This document shows positions 10,508-20,642 of a stretch of DNA of 56,927 nucleotides, piece by piece. The stretch covers positions 1-56,927 of the forward strand of contig JAEEKZ010000047.1 of NCBI GenBank assembly GCA_016288635.1. Direction: 5' to 3'. This DNA is from Bacillales bacterium (GTDB lineage: Bacteria; Bacillota_I; Bacilli_A; RF39; UBA660). Each line of letters begins with the position of its first letter. The first letter of the stretch is position 1. The position numbers and the translations under genes are program-made. The notes under the pieces were generated by a model. It was not told the DNA's origin and ran no database searches. It saw only the letters and a list, made by a program, of their open reading frames with translations.

Positions 10508-11872
10508 ATGTACGAAAACAAAAAAATACATTTTATTGGTATTGGTGGCATAAGTATGTCAGGACTTGCATTAATGGTTTTAGATCATCATGCAACAGTA
10601 TCAGGAAGCGACATAACCGAATCAGAATTAACGGATAAATTAGAAAAGATAGGATGCATTATTAAATATGGACATCATCCTGAACTTATAGATGACGCTG
10701 ATATAGTTGTTTATACAGCTGCAGTACACGATGATGACCCTGAACTAATGCGTGCTAAAGAATTGAATAAAGAAACATATGAGAGAGCAGATTTCCTAGG
10801 TTTAATAACAAAAGAGTATAAAAACTGTATTTGTATTTCAGGAACTCATGGAAAATCTACAACAACAGGAATGACTTCCCTAGCCTTCTTAAAATCAGGA
10901 TTAAATCCTACAATTCACATTGGGGCTATTCTAGAACAAATCAATAGCAACACTAAAATTGGTTCAAAAGATTATCTTGTGATGGAAGCATGTGAATATG
11001 TTGATTCATTTCTAGCATTCCACCCTACTAGTGAAATCATACTTAATATTGATGACGATCATTTAGATTATTTTAAAAACGTTGATAATATTAAAAAATC
11101 ATTTAGAAAATTTACAAGCCTTCTACCTAATGATGGTTTTGTAGTTTTAAATATAGATGATGAAAATGCTAAGACTCTTGAAGATGTAGATAAAAAAGTA
11201 ATTACTTATGGAGTAAATAACGACGCTAATTATAGAGCTAAAAATATTGAGTTTAATGACTTAGGATGTGCAATGTTTGATATTTATCTTGATGATAAAT
11301 ATTTAACTCATTTAAATATTAATGTCATGGGAGAACATAACGTATATAATGCTCTAGCAAGTTTTGCATTATCCCATCAATACATTAATGATATTAATAG
11401 TATTAAAGAAGGTATTGAAGATTATAGAGGTGTTAAAAGAAGATTTGAACTAATAAAAGTTTTAGATAATGGTATTAAAATATATGATGATTATGCTCAT
11501 CACCCAACTGAAGTAATGTCTACACTTAAAACTTCAAAAGGAATTAAATGCCATGAAAGTTGGGCAGTATTCCAATCACATACTTTTTCAAGAACAGCCG
11601 CTCATCTCAAAGAACTTGCGGATATCTTAAAACAATTTGATCATGTAGTTATTGCCAAAATATATCCAGCTAGAGAAATAAATACATTTGGTATAAGCGA
11701 AGAAATGATTGTAGATGAAATCAAAAAAGATAATCCAAATGTTATCTATATAGATGATTTTGATAAAATCGTTGATTATCTAGAAGAAAACGTTAAAGAT
11801 AATGATCTAGTTATCACAATTGGAGCTGGTCCAATAGATAAAGTTGCTCATAAATACGCAAATAAAAATTAG
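10508..11872 (+). CDS. murC: UDP-N-acetylmuramate--L-alanine ligase
   Basis: HFIGIGGISMSGLA, GTHGKSTT, EACEY, DHLD, GVKRRF, DDYAHHP. Confidence 0.96.
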   Translation: MYENKKIHFIGIGGISMSGLALMVLDHHATVSGSDITESELTDKLEKIGCIIKYGHHPELIDDADIVVYTAAVHDDDPELMRAKELNKETYERADFLGLITKEYKNCICISGTHGKSTTTGMTSLAFLKSGLNPTIHIGAILEQINSNTKIGSKDYLVMEACEYVDSFLAFHPTSEIILNIDDDHLDYFKNVDNIKKSFRKFTSLLPNDGFVVLNIDDENAKTLEDVDKKVITYGVNNDANYRAKNIEFNDLGCAMFDIYLDDKYLTHLNINVMGEHNVYNALASFALSHQYINDINSIKEGIEDYRGVKRRFELIKVLDNGIKIYDDYAHHPTEVMSTLKTSKGIKCHESWAVFQSHTFSRTAAHLKELADILKQFDHVVIAKIYPAREINTFGISEEMIVDEIKKDNPNVIYIDDFDKIVDYLEENVKDNDLVITIGAGPIDKVAHKYANKN

Positions 11873-11895
11873 ATATTAAATATCTAATTTTTTTT
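11864..11895. terminator. Bidirectional terminator between murC and the large orphan gene
   Basis: AAAAATTAGATAT-taa-ATATCTAATTTTT between convergent stops. Confidence 0.7.
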
Positions 11896-14800
11896 ATCTT
11901 ATAATTCTTCCCTGCTTATATGCATTTTCGTATTCTAGTAATTCTTTTAATGCTCTTTTATCTCTATCAATAAAGTCTTGATATGTTCTACCATCACTAC
12001 ATACACAATAATACCAGTCATTGTTACAAACAAAATATACTACATTTTCTATATTGTTTACTAGACTAATTAAATATCCTGATGCATTAGATGATATATA
12101 TTCAAAAGGCATTCCATCTAAAGCTAATTTAACAGCATATATTCTATTAATAACATTCAACATATCATCTGTATTAGTTAAACATCTAACCTCATCTCTT
12201 CCTGGTGGATAATAAGGCATATTTTCTTCGGAAAAATCAAGAGGAACAAATGGTCTATCAGTTGCTGTAGTTGCTTGAACAACAGCATTATCTTTAGAAA
12301 TTGATGAGTAAAAATATTTCCATCCTTCATGAAGGCTTTCAACACCTAAATTAGCTTTTGGTTCATTTTCAAATCCATTTCTAGCAGAAATAAATACATT
12401 TTGAATAGGATATTCTGAAACACTACTTTCAGCGATTAAATCTTTAGCTACTTCATATGAGGCATTAACTAAAAACTGAGCAGTACTTGATAATGCCACA
12501 GGTATAGAGGATAACTCACTCATAAATACAGAATTACCATGTCTAAATCCAGATTCTTTTCCTAAATACTGTCCCGTACTTGCATCTTCAAATCGTATAT
12601 GAAAACCATTTTCATTTTCCATGCAAAAATCGTAAAGTTCTTCACCTACTCCACCAACACGCATACAAGAATCTACTCTTTCACCATGAGTAAAATTACA
12701 TGGATTAGTAAAATTAGCTACAACAGCTCTTATTTTAACAGAACCAATTTTATATACTTTATTAAATGTTGGAATAGTTACACTTTGTCTTTCAAATGCT
12801 TTTAATGTCCACTCAACCGATTCTCTTAATCTTTGATCTCCTTGCGTTTTACGATTTGCAGATAAAGCTCCCGGATTTTCATCAATTAATCTTGCATCTT
12901 CAGGAGTTAATATTTGCGAATATATATCAGAAGTTCTAGAATATCCTTTTGTTTTCTTGAATATAGAAGACAAGGTCATTACTCCGCCTCTAACATGTTT
13001 TTTCTTCTTTCTTTCCTCTTCTTCTTTTCTAAGAATTGGCATAAAATAAGACATAAAAGCAGCAATTTGTCTTTCATCTATTTCAAAATCCAAGCAATTA
13101 TTATCATTAATAAACTTAACCAACTCACTTGGTAATTTATGTAGTTTTCTCTTAGACATTATCTCTTTTAATTTTTGATAATAATATTCATTTTCAAGTA
13201 TACCCTTTAAAACATCTAATCTTAAATAAGACAATATTTTACAAATAGATAAACTTGATTTACCAGGTGAATAATTTTTCTTTAATTCATCATCTTTTTC
13301 AGTTAGTATTTTTTCTCTTATATCTTCATACCAAGCTGGTGATTCATTTTTAACCTTCGAAATTATTTCTAAACCTAATAATCTAAATTCAAACATTTTA
13401 GATGTAACAATATTAGTATCATTAGTTAATTTTGCATGTTTATTTTTATTAAACTTAATTAAATCTTGGATTAAATCGTCACTATAACCTTTTTCATGAC
13501 ATTTTCCTATCAAGACATTTACAAAACTTGTTTCATTAGGAAGAGTAACATCTTTTTCTAAAAAATAACTAAAGATAACCTGTTTAGCACTATTTTCATC
13601 AATTGATTCAATTAGTTTAATTTCTCTTCCAACATCATATGTATTTTTATATTCATCTCTTTTTTTATCAACATAATAATCCATAATATATTTTAGTATT
13701 TTTGAATATTTTTCAGGATCTCCATTGTTGATTTTATAAATAACAAGTTCTAGGAATTTTCTAGGATTACTTTTATATTTAAGGTCTATCTTTGCACCCA
13801 AATCCTTTTCAAGCATTTCAAAGAATACTCCATTTAGACTACGAGCAACATCACTAACAAGCTCACTATCTACTTTATTACCTTGAATTTGGTTTAATAG
13901 TATAGCAAAACTATCAACTATTGGTGCAAATTTTATAGAAAACTCATGTTGTTTAATATTATCATAAGCTGAATCTAAATCATCCATAGTATATCTTTTG
14001 TTAGGAAATAAAGCTATTAGTTTATCAAATAAACTTTCATTTAAACTAAGTAATTCTAATATGTTTTTATCATCAATATAATATAATAATTCTTTTCCAA
14101 CAATTGCTTTTAAGGCTTCAACATTATGCTTATTTAACTTCTTTTGCTTTACAACAAAATCCAAATAATATATTAATTCATCTGACTCTAAAGCATTTAC
14201 AAATAAAGCATTATTTTTTAAATATTCACGAGCAAAAATAAGTTCACGAAATTTTTTGTTTTCTAAAAATAAACTTCTTAATACCGATTTATTATAAGAC
14301 GACGAAACTTCCTCGTTATTAAAATATTCAAGAAATAATTCTTCATAAAAATCAGGATCATTTTTTCTAATTGCCCTAAATGAATTAGTAACAACAGTTC
14401 TTGTTTCATTAGCAAAAATATTTATATATTGTTTAAAATACGTTTTTATATTTTCAACACTATTAGTACTTACAAATATCTCAAATACTTTTAATGAGAT
14501 AGTGTCTGATGTGATAATTATTTCTCTAGACGGATCTGATTCTAAACTTTTCTTCAATAATTCAAGTATTCTATTATTAAATATATCCCCTTCAAATAAA
14601 TGAACCACCCTAGCATTGGGATTTCTAAGAACTGCTTCAATTATTGAAGCATCCCCTTCCTCACAACATATTTCTTTTCTATTTATCTTGTCAATATACG
14701 CTTTATCACTTGATTCAATATGTCCTCTAATTCTATCAACACACATTGAAGAATACTTTCCACTTCTTAATAAGTGTTCTATATTACCGGCTTCAATTAA

Positions 14801-15703
14801 TGCGTCAACAAATTCGTCATTATATAGATTATCTAATTTCTCTTTTGGATAATACTTTATAAAAGAACGAAAACTATAATCATTTTCTTTCATGTCTTTT
14901 ATTAGTTTTTCTCTTAAGTCTTCATCACTTATTAAATTAAAACCAACCATTTCATTAGCAAATAAATAAATTCCACTTGCATATAGCAAATCATAAATAT
15001 CAAATCTAGCAGAATAATCTAACTTGTTAACGAAGAAACGAAATTTACCTAATATGTCGTTACTATCCTCATTAATTAAATTAAGAAAATCTTTTGGAGC
15101 ACCCTCAGAAAACACCATGCGCATTTTATTAACAAATTCACTTTCAAATAAAATAGCATTTGCATCAAGTATTTTTCTAGTTATATAAACAATCATTATA
15201 GGATGGACATCTTTGATATTTGCAACAACCATATTAACATAATCATCCATATTTTCTGGAGATATAATAGATTCAAAATTAATTGCATCAAGCTTTTTTT
15301 CTTTAATTAAAGTTGCAAGATTAGCAACATCAAATACAATAGCGTTAGCAATATCAAACTTATCTTTAATTCCATCATACACATCTTTTAATTCTTTAAT
15401 ATGTGTTTTATTATCCGTAGATTTTAAACACTCTACCATTGTAGATGGACCATCGTAAGCATATAACAACCTGCATTTATTATATTGAAGTTTTAGTTCT
15501 TCATCATCACCTAAAATATCTATATCTCTTGAAAGAAAAAAATCAATAAAATCAAAGAATTCTTTTTTCAAAGTTTTTCTTCTTTTTTTAAACTCTTCAA
15601 TTACTTTTTTTCTTAATTCTTCATTATAAATTAGATAAGTTTTTTCTAGATCAGAAAAAAACAAATTATTATCACTTAATTGTTGTAGTATTTGTTTATC
15701 CAT
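11894..15703 (-). CDS. Large (1269 aa) hypothetical protein with a motif-rich C-terminal domain
   Basis: Uninterrupted ORF with AGGTGA RBS; no signal peptide or TM; helical-looking N-terminal two-thirds; C-terminal GERVDSCMRVGGVGE...NGFHIRF...SGFRHGN segment. Confidence 0.85.
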   Translation of the reverse strand: MDKQILQQLSDNNLFFSDLEKTYLIYNEELRKKVIEEFKKRRKTLKKEFFDFIDFFLSRDIDILGDDEELKLQYNKCRLLYAYDGPSTMVECLKSTDNKTHIKELKDVYDGIKDKFDIANAIVFDVANLATLIKEKKLDAINFESIISPENMDDYVNMVVANIKDVHPIMIVYITRKILDANAILFESEFVNKMRMVFSEGAPKDFLNLINEDSNDILGKFRFFVNKLDYSARFDIYDLLYASGIYLFANEMVGFNLISDEDLREKLIKDMKENDYSFRSFIKYYPKEKLDNLYNDEFVDALIEAGNIEHLLRSGKYSSMCVDRIRGHIESSDKAYIDKINRKEICCEEGDASIIEAVLRNPNARVVHLFEGDIFNNRILELLKKSLESDPSREIIITSDTISLKVFEIFVSTNSVENIKTYFKQYINIFANETRTVVTNSFRAIRKNDPDFYEELFLEYFNNEEVSSSYNKSVLRSLFLENKKFRELIFAREYLKNNALFVNALESDELIYYLDFVVKQKKLNKHNVEALKAIVGKELLYYIDDKNILELLSLNESLFDKLIALFPNKRYTMDDLDSAYDNIKQHEFSIKFAPIVDSFAILLNQIQGNKVDSELVSDVARSLNGVFFEMLEKDLGAKIDLKYKSNPRKFLELVIYKINNGDPEKYSKILKYIMDYYVDKKRDEYKNTYDVGREIKLIESIDENSAKQVIFSYFLEKDVTLPNETSFVNVLIGKCHEKGYSDDLIQDLIKFNKNKHAKLTNDTNIVTSKMFEFRLLGLEIISKVKNESPAWYEDIREKILTEKDDELKKNYSPGKSSLSICKILSYLRLDVLKGILENEYYYQKLKEIMSKRKLHKLPSELVKFINDNNCLDFEIDERQIAAFMSYFMPILRKEEEERKKKKHVRGGVMTLSSIFKKTKGYSRTSDIYSQILTPEDARLIDENPGALSANRKTQGDQRLRESVEWTLKAFERQSVTIPTFNKVYKIGSVKIRAVVANFTNPCNFTHGERVDSCMRVGGVGEELYDFCMENENGFHIRFEDASTGQYLGKESGFRHGNSVFMSELSSIPVALSSTAQFLVNASYEVAKDLIAESSVSEYPIQNVFISARNGFENEPKANLGVESLHEGWKYFYSSISKDNAVVQATTATDRPFVPLDFSEENMPYYPPGRDEVRCLTNTDDMLNVINRIYAVKLALDGMPFEYISSNASGYLISLVNNIENVVYFVCNNDWYYCVCSDGRTYQDFIDRDKRALKELLEYENAYKQGRIIR

Positions 15704-15757
15704 TCTATCACCTATCTTCTTCTATTATTTTATCACATTTTATTAATATATACCATA

Positions 15758-15771
15758 CGAACATCTGTTCG
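15758..15771. promoter_or_regulatory. LexA (Cheo/SOS) box upstream of the 1269-aa gene
   Basis: CGAACATCTGTTCG matches Gram-positive CGAAC-N4-GTTCG; overlaps a minus-strand TTGCGA -35-like element. Confidence 0.75.
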
Positions 15772-15777
15772 CAATAT

Positions 15778-15801
15778 AAAAGCACATATTGATATGTGCT
15801 T
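15778..15801 (-). terminator. Intrinsic terminator after valS
   Basis: AAGCACATAT-loop-ATATGTGCTT followed by T on the minus strand. Confidence 0.7.
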
Positions 15802-18340
15802 ATTTTAATAATTCTTCTAATTTTTTCTTTTCTTCTTCTAATTTAGTTCTATCCATTTCTACTATTTTAGCCGGTGCCTTATTAACATAATTTTCATTAG
15901 ATAATAAAGCTTCTCTTCTAGCAATAGAGGCCTGTAAAATCTTAATTTGTGATTCTTTTAAAATTCTATCTGCTTCAGATTCAACTTTTTCAAAAAAGAT
16001 TGTAGCTTTAATTCTATTTGAGAATACTTTATATGCTTTTATACCTAAAGGTTTATTAACAATATGATCTTTATCTATTTTTAATAATTTAACAATAATA
16101 TCATTATCATCTTCAGTATCAAACATTACTTTAAATTCTTTAGTCATATTATTCTCTGCTTTAATATTTCTAAATGATTTAATAAACTCTACAGAATCAT
16201 CTACTGCAACTTCTTCAGATTCAAATATATATTTCTTACTATATTTTGGATAAGCAGAAATCATAATAGATTCTTCATCTTTAACTGGTAACATTTGATA
16301 TATTTCCTCAGTTACAAATGGCATAAATGGATGTAGCATTTTTAAGATACCAGTTAAAACATAACATAACGTTGATTTGGTACTATCTGTATCAATTGAA
16401 TACTTAGCCATTTCTATATAATAATCACAGAAGTAATTCCAAGTAAATTCATATATACTTGCTCCAGCATTATTAAATTCATATTTATCCATAAATCTCT
16501 TTGATTCATGTAAACACTTTTCAAATTTAGTTAAAATCCATTTATCTTCAGGTTTTAAACTATCTAAATTAATCTCTTTTAACCCATCAATATTTGATAA
16601 AACAAATCTTGAAGCATTCCATATCTTATTAATATAGTTCCATGCAGATTTAATCTTTTCTTCATCAAATCTCATATCAGTTCCAGGTGCAACATCTGTA
16701 GCAAGATAATATCTTAATGCATCAGCACCATATTCTTTAACCATATCAAATGGATCTATACCATTGCCTAAACTTTTACTAAACTTTCTACCCTGTTTAT
16801 CACGAATTAAACCATGTATTAAACAATCTTCAAATGGTCTAGCACCAAGTAACTTTTCACCTTGGAAAGTCATTCTATTAACCCAGAAAGGTATAATATC
16901 ATAACCAGTTACTAAACATTGATTTGGATAATACTTCTTAACTAGCTCATCACTATCAGGCCATCCTAATGTAGCAAAAGGCCATAGAGCACTAGAGAAC
17001 CATGTATCAAGTACATCTTCATCTTGTACCCATCCTTCTCCTTCTGGAGCATCCATTCCTACATATACTTCATCATTTCTATACCATGCTGGAATTCTAT
17101 GACCCCACCATAGTTGTCTAGAAATACACCAATCATAAGTTATTTCCATCCAGTGATTCATAGTCTTTTCATATCTTGATGGTACAAAGTTAACTTTTCT
17201 ATCTTTATCTTTTTGAGTCTCTAATACTGTATCAGCAAGAGGTCTCATTTTAACAAACCATTGTCTCTTAACCATTGGTTCAACCATAACACCAGTTCTC
17301 TCTGAATGTCCAACTTCATGAACTAATGGTTCAATATCAATTAGTAAGTCTTGACTCTTTAAGTCTTCCAAAACAGCTTCACGACATTCTTCACGAGTCA
17401 TTCCAGCATATTTCTTACCGCAATTCTCATTCATTGTAGCATCATCATTCATAATACAAATACGTTCAAGATTGTGACGATTTCCTACTTCAAAGTCATT
17501 AGGGTCATGTGCTGGAGTAATCTTAACTACACCAGTACCTTTTTCCATATCAGCATGTTCATCAGTTATAACTGGAATAGGTTTATTTAAAATAGGTAAT
17601 ATAACATTTTTACCAACATACTTTTTATATCTTTCATCATTCTCATTAACAGCAACAGCAGTATCACCAAATAATGTTTCTGGTCTAGTTGTTGCAACAT
17701 CTAAGTATTCTTCACTACCTTCTAATTTATATTTAATATGATAGAAAGCGCTCTTTTCTTCACTATAGATAACTTCCTCATTAGATAGTGCAGTTTGTGC
17801 AACAGGATCCCAGTTAATTATCTTTTCACCTCTATAAATAAGGCCTTCATTATAATAATCAACAAATACTTTTCTAACAGCTTTTGATAGTCCTTCATCT
17901 AAAGTAAATCTTTCTTTTGTATAATCTAAAGCAATACCCATTTTAGCCCATTGCTGTCTAATGATATCACCATGTTCATGAGTCCAATCCCAACAAGCTT
18001 CTAAGAATTTTTCTCTTCCATATTCATATTTATTAATACCTTGGTCTTTAAGTCTTTTAACAACTTTAGCTTCCGTTGCTATTGCGGCATGATCCATTCC
18101 TGGAAGCCAAAAAGTATCATAACCTTCCATCTTCTTATATCTAATAATAATATCTTGTAAAGTTACGTCCCAAGCATGTCCTAAATGTAATACACCAGTA
18201 ACGTTAGGTGGTGGTAACACTATACAAAACGGTTCTTTCTTTGAATTGACATCACAATTAAAATATCCTTTGTTTAGCCAAAAATCATATTTGTTTTGCT
18301 CTACAATCTCAGGATTATACTTTTTTTCTAACTCTTTCAT
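15800..18340 (-). CDS. valS: Valine--tRNA ligase
   Basis: PPPNVTGVLHLGH, TTRPET, WCISRQLWWGH, DVLDTWFSS, KFSKS, C-terminal coiled coil. Confidence 0.98.
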   Translation of the reverse strand: MKELEKKYNPEIVEQNKYDFWLNKGYFNCDVNSKKEPFCIVLPPPNVTGVLHLGHAWDVTLQDIIIRYKKMEGYDTFWLPGMDHAAIATEAKVVKRLKDQGINKYEYGREKFLEACWDWTHEHGDIIRQQWAKMGIALDYTKERFTLDEGLSKAVRKVFVDYYNEGLIYRGEKIINWDPVAQTALSNEEVIYSEEKSAFYHIKYKLEGSEEYLDVATTRPETLFGDTAVAVNENDERYKKYVGKNVILPILNKPIPVITDEHADMEKGTGVVKITPAHDPNDFEVGNRHNLERICIMNDDATMNENCGKKYAGMTREECREAVLEDLKSQDLLIDIEPLVHEVGHSERTGVMVEPMVKRQWFVKMRPLADTVLETQKDKDRKVNFVPSRYEKTMNHWMEITYDWCISRQLWWGHRIPAWYRNDEVYVGMDAPEGEGWVQDEDVLDTWFSSALWPFATLGWPDSDELVKKYYPNQCLVTGYDIIPFWVNRMTFQGEKLLGARPFEDCLIHGLIRDKQGRKFSKSLGNGIDPFDMVKEYGADALRYYLATDVAPGTDMRFDEEKIKSAWNYINKIWNASRFVLSNIDGLKEINLDSLKPEDKWILTKFEKCLHESKRFMDKYEFNNAGASIYEFTWNYFCDYYIEMAKYSIDTDSTKSTLCYVLTGILKMLHPFMPFVTEEIYQMLPVKDEESIMISAYPKYSKKYIFESEEVAVDDSVEFIKSFRNIKAENNMTKEFKVMFDTEDDNDIIVKLLKIDKDHIVNKPLGIKAYKVFSNRIKATIFFEKVESEADRILKESQIKILQASIARREALLSNENYVNKAPAKIVEMDRTKLEEEKKKLEELLK

Positions 18341-18344
18341 ATTT

Positions 18345-18559
18345 TACCTCCATATAACAAAAAAATAGTTATATCATAAAGGGCGTCTATTAAACACTGT
18401 ACCACCTTTACTTTATAACTATTGTTATCTCCTTATTCTTAACGCGAATCACACGCTTTTTCTCGATTTGCAACCAACTATTATCTATTTGTTAATTTCC
18501 ACCAAACATTAACTCTCTTTAAAATTCGATTAATAGTACCTCAAATGTCCTCAAAAACT
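18345..18559 (-). ncRNA. T-box riboswitch leader of valS
   Basis: Stem I motifs AGAGAG...GGTGGAA and T-box AAAGGTGGTACAGTG with antiterminator-type pairing to GACGCCCTTT. Confidence 0.88.
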
Positions 18560-18565
18560 AATGTG

Positions 18566-18594
18566 ATTATATAATAATAACAATTAATTTTCAA
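18566..18594 (-). promoter_or_regulatory. Sigma-A promoter of the valS leader
   Basis: TTGAAA-17 bp-TATAAT on the minus strand. Confidence 0.75.
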
Positions 18595-18646
18595 GTCTTA
18601 TTTACTTTATTAAAAACTTGTTTTATAATTCTATGCGGTGAATCAA

Positions 18647-19513
18647 ATGAAAGATAACAAAAAGAATATCATTATTAGTTTAATAGGAATAACTTTATTT
18701 TGTATTTCCATTAATTTATTTATAAGAAATAACAATTTATACAATGATGGAATATTAGGTGTATCTCAATTATTAAATAATCTAATTATAAAACTATTCC
18801 ATATTAAAATGGATTTTGATTTTTCTGGTATAATCAATTTTTTTCTAAATATACCTTTATTCATTCTTGCTTATAAATCCATAAGTAAAGAATTCTTTTG
18901 GAAAACCCTTATAGCAGTTATCTTTCAAACAATTCTTTTAAGTATAATACCCATTCCCAAAGAAAGCTTAGTTAGTGATACGCTTACATCTGTTTTAATT
19001 GGAGGCATCTTAGCTGGTATTGGTGCTGGTATGACATTATCAAGCGGAGCATCTGGTGGAGGAACGGAAATAATTGGTATGTTCCTATTAAAGAAAGATG
19101 GACATTTATCCGTAGGTAAAATTAATCTAGGAATAAATTTAGTATTATTCTCTATTTGTGGATTGTTATATGGCGTAGAAACAATGATATATTCAATCAT
19201 ATATGTTGCCATTACTTCATTAATGATTGATAGAACGCACGCTCAAAATATTTGTACTAAACTTGTTGTATTCACCAAAAATGATCCTCAAAATTTAATT
19301 GATTATGTTGAAAACAATATTGAACGAGGAATAACATATTTTAAAGCCAAAGGTGGATACGATAATTCCACCACTTATATTTGCTATATCGTTCTAACAA
19401 AATATGAATGCCGCGAATTTGAAAACAACTTAAAGAACATCGATCCTAATGCATTTATCGTAAAAGATGTCGGAGTACAAACATTAGGAAACTTCCAAAA
19501 AATATGGAAATAA
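18647..19513 (+). CDS. YitT-family membrane protein
   Basis: GILGVSQ, NIPLF, GASGGGTE, RGIT, GGY, IDPNAF; start at the ATG after GGTGA. Confidence 0.9.
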   Translation: MKDNKKNIIISLIGITLFCISINLFIRNNNLYNDGILGVSQLLNNLIIKLFHIKMDFDFSGIINFFLNIPLFILAYKSISKEFFWKTLIAVIFQTILLSIIPIPKESLVSDTLTSVLIGGILAGIGAGMTLSSGASGGGTEIIGMFLLKKDGHLSVGKINLGINLVLFSICGLLYGVETMIYSIIYVAITSLMIDRTHAQNICTKLVVFTKNDPQNLIDYVENNIERGITYFKAKGGYDNSTTYICYIVLTKYECREFENNLKNIDPNAFIVKDVGVQTLGNFQKIWK

Positions 19514-19538
19514 AAATACAGAATTAAATCTGTATTTT
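19512..19538. terminator. Bidirectional terminator
   Basis: AAAATACAGA-attaaa-TCTGTATTTT between convergent genes. Confidence 0.7.
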
Positions 19539-20523
19539 ATTTTGCCATTAAATATTCTACTGCTTCATCAAAAGTCGCAACTGCTTTTATTTCAATTTTT
19601 AAATTGTATTTTTCTTTTACTCTTAAAGCTTCCGCCTCGTTTTCTTTAGGGCATAAGAATATATCAGATCCTTTAGCACCAAGAAGTTTATATTTAATAC
19701 CATCAATCTCTCCAACTACACCACCATCATTTATAGTGCCTGTACCAATTATATCTCTTCCCTTGGTTATATCTTCTTTAGTTAACTTGTTATATATTGC
19801 AAGAGTAGTCATCAAACCACCACTTGGACCTGATTCTGATTCTTTTGAATCAATCTTAACTTCAGGATTTGTTTTATAATCATATGTTGTTATAATTCCT
19901 GTACCAATTTTAGACACACCATCAATTTCATAAATAACTGCATTACATTTTATTTCTTTATTATTCCTTAATACATCTACCTCAACTTTATCTCCAGGAG
20001 TTAATTGAGTAATATATTCTCCAACATCATTATAATCCTTCATATCAACACCATTAATTTTAATGATTTCATCCATTGGTTTTAAATCAGTATTCGCTTC
20101 TTCTGCTATAAAAACAATAATAAAATGCGTATCAACTAACTCTATTTCTTTTCCAGCCTTTTCGTAAGCAATAAGAGTAGCTAAATCTTGAGCACTTCTC
20201 ATTGAAAGTTTATCGACATTTAAAGAATCTTCATAAGACATTCCATCATAACTAGCTTCCTGATTTGGATACATATCCCAATTCGGAATAATTAAAGCTG
20301 CTATGGCAGTTGGTAATGTTGCTTCCCTCATTGTTACATATGATAATTGTAATTTACCTTTTGTTTCATTTTCTCCAGAAATAGATATTCTTTCTACTAA
20401 ATCAACTTTACCTCCTGGAGAATATATTACATAATCGAACTTAATAAAAAATAAAGCAATTAAAACAAGAATTATTATGGTTCCTTTATTATTTTTTATA
20501 AAATCCTTTATTCTTTTTAACAT
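19537..20523 (-). CDS. YlbL/SepM-like PDZ plus Lon-C (S16) membrane protease
   Basis: N-terminal TM, SPG, PDZ region, GPSGGL catalytic Ser, GTGTI, IDGIKYK catalytic Lys. Confidence 0.88.
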   Translation of the reverse strand: MLKRIKDFIKNNKGTIIILVLIALFFIKFDYVIYSPGGKVDLVERISISGENETKGKLQLSYVTMREATLPTAIAALIIPNWDMYPNQEASYDGMSYEDSLNVDKLSMRSAQDLATLIAYEKAGKEIELVDTHFIIVFIAEEANTDLKPMDEIIKINGVDMKDYNDVGEYITQLTPGDKVEVDVLRNNKEIKCNAVIYEIDGVSKIGTGIITTYDYKTNPEVKIDSKESESGPSGGLMTTLAIYNKLTKEDITKGRDIIGTGTINDGGVVGEIDGIKYKLLGAKGSDIFLCPKENEAEALRVKEKYNLKIEIKAVATFDEAVEYLMAK

Positions 20524-20601
20524 ACCATCACCTTATATAATTATACCAAATCTATATACTTGTTTAAGTATAAATAATAATACTATACACATTTATAGAC
20601 A

Positions 20602-20633
20602 AAAAAAGATAATTATTATAATTATCTTTTTTT
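20602..20633. terminator. Terminator after the pilin-like gene pair
   Basis: AAAAAAAGATAATT-loop-AATTATCTTTTTTT palindrome. Confidence 0.65.
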
Positions 20634-20642
20634 AAACTATTA

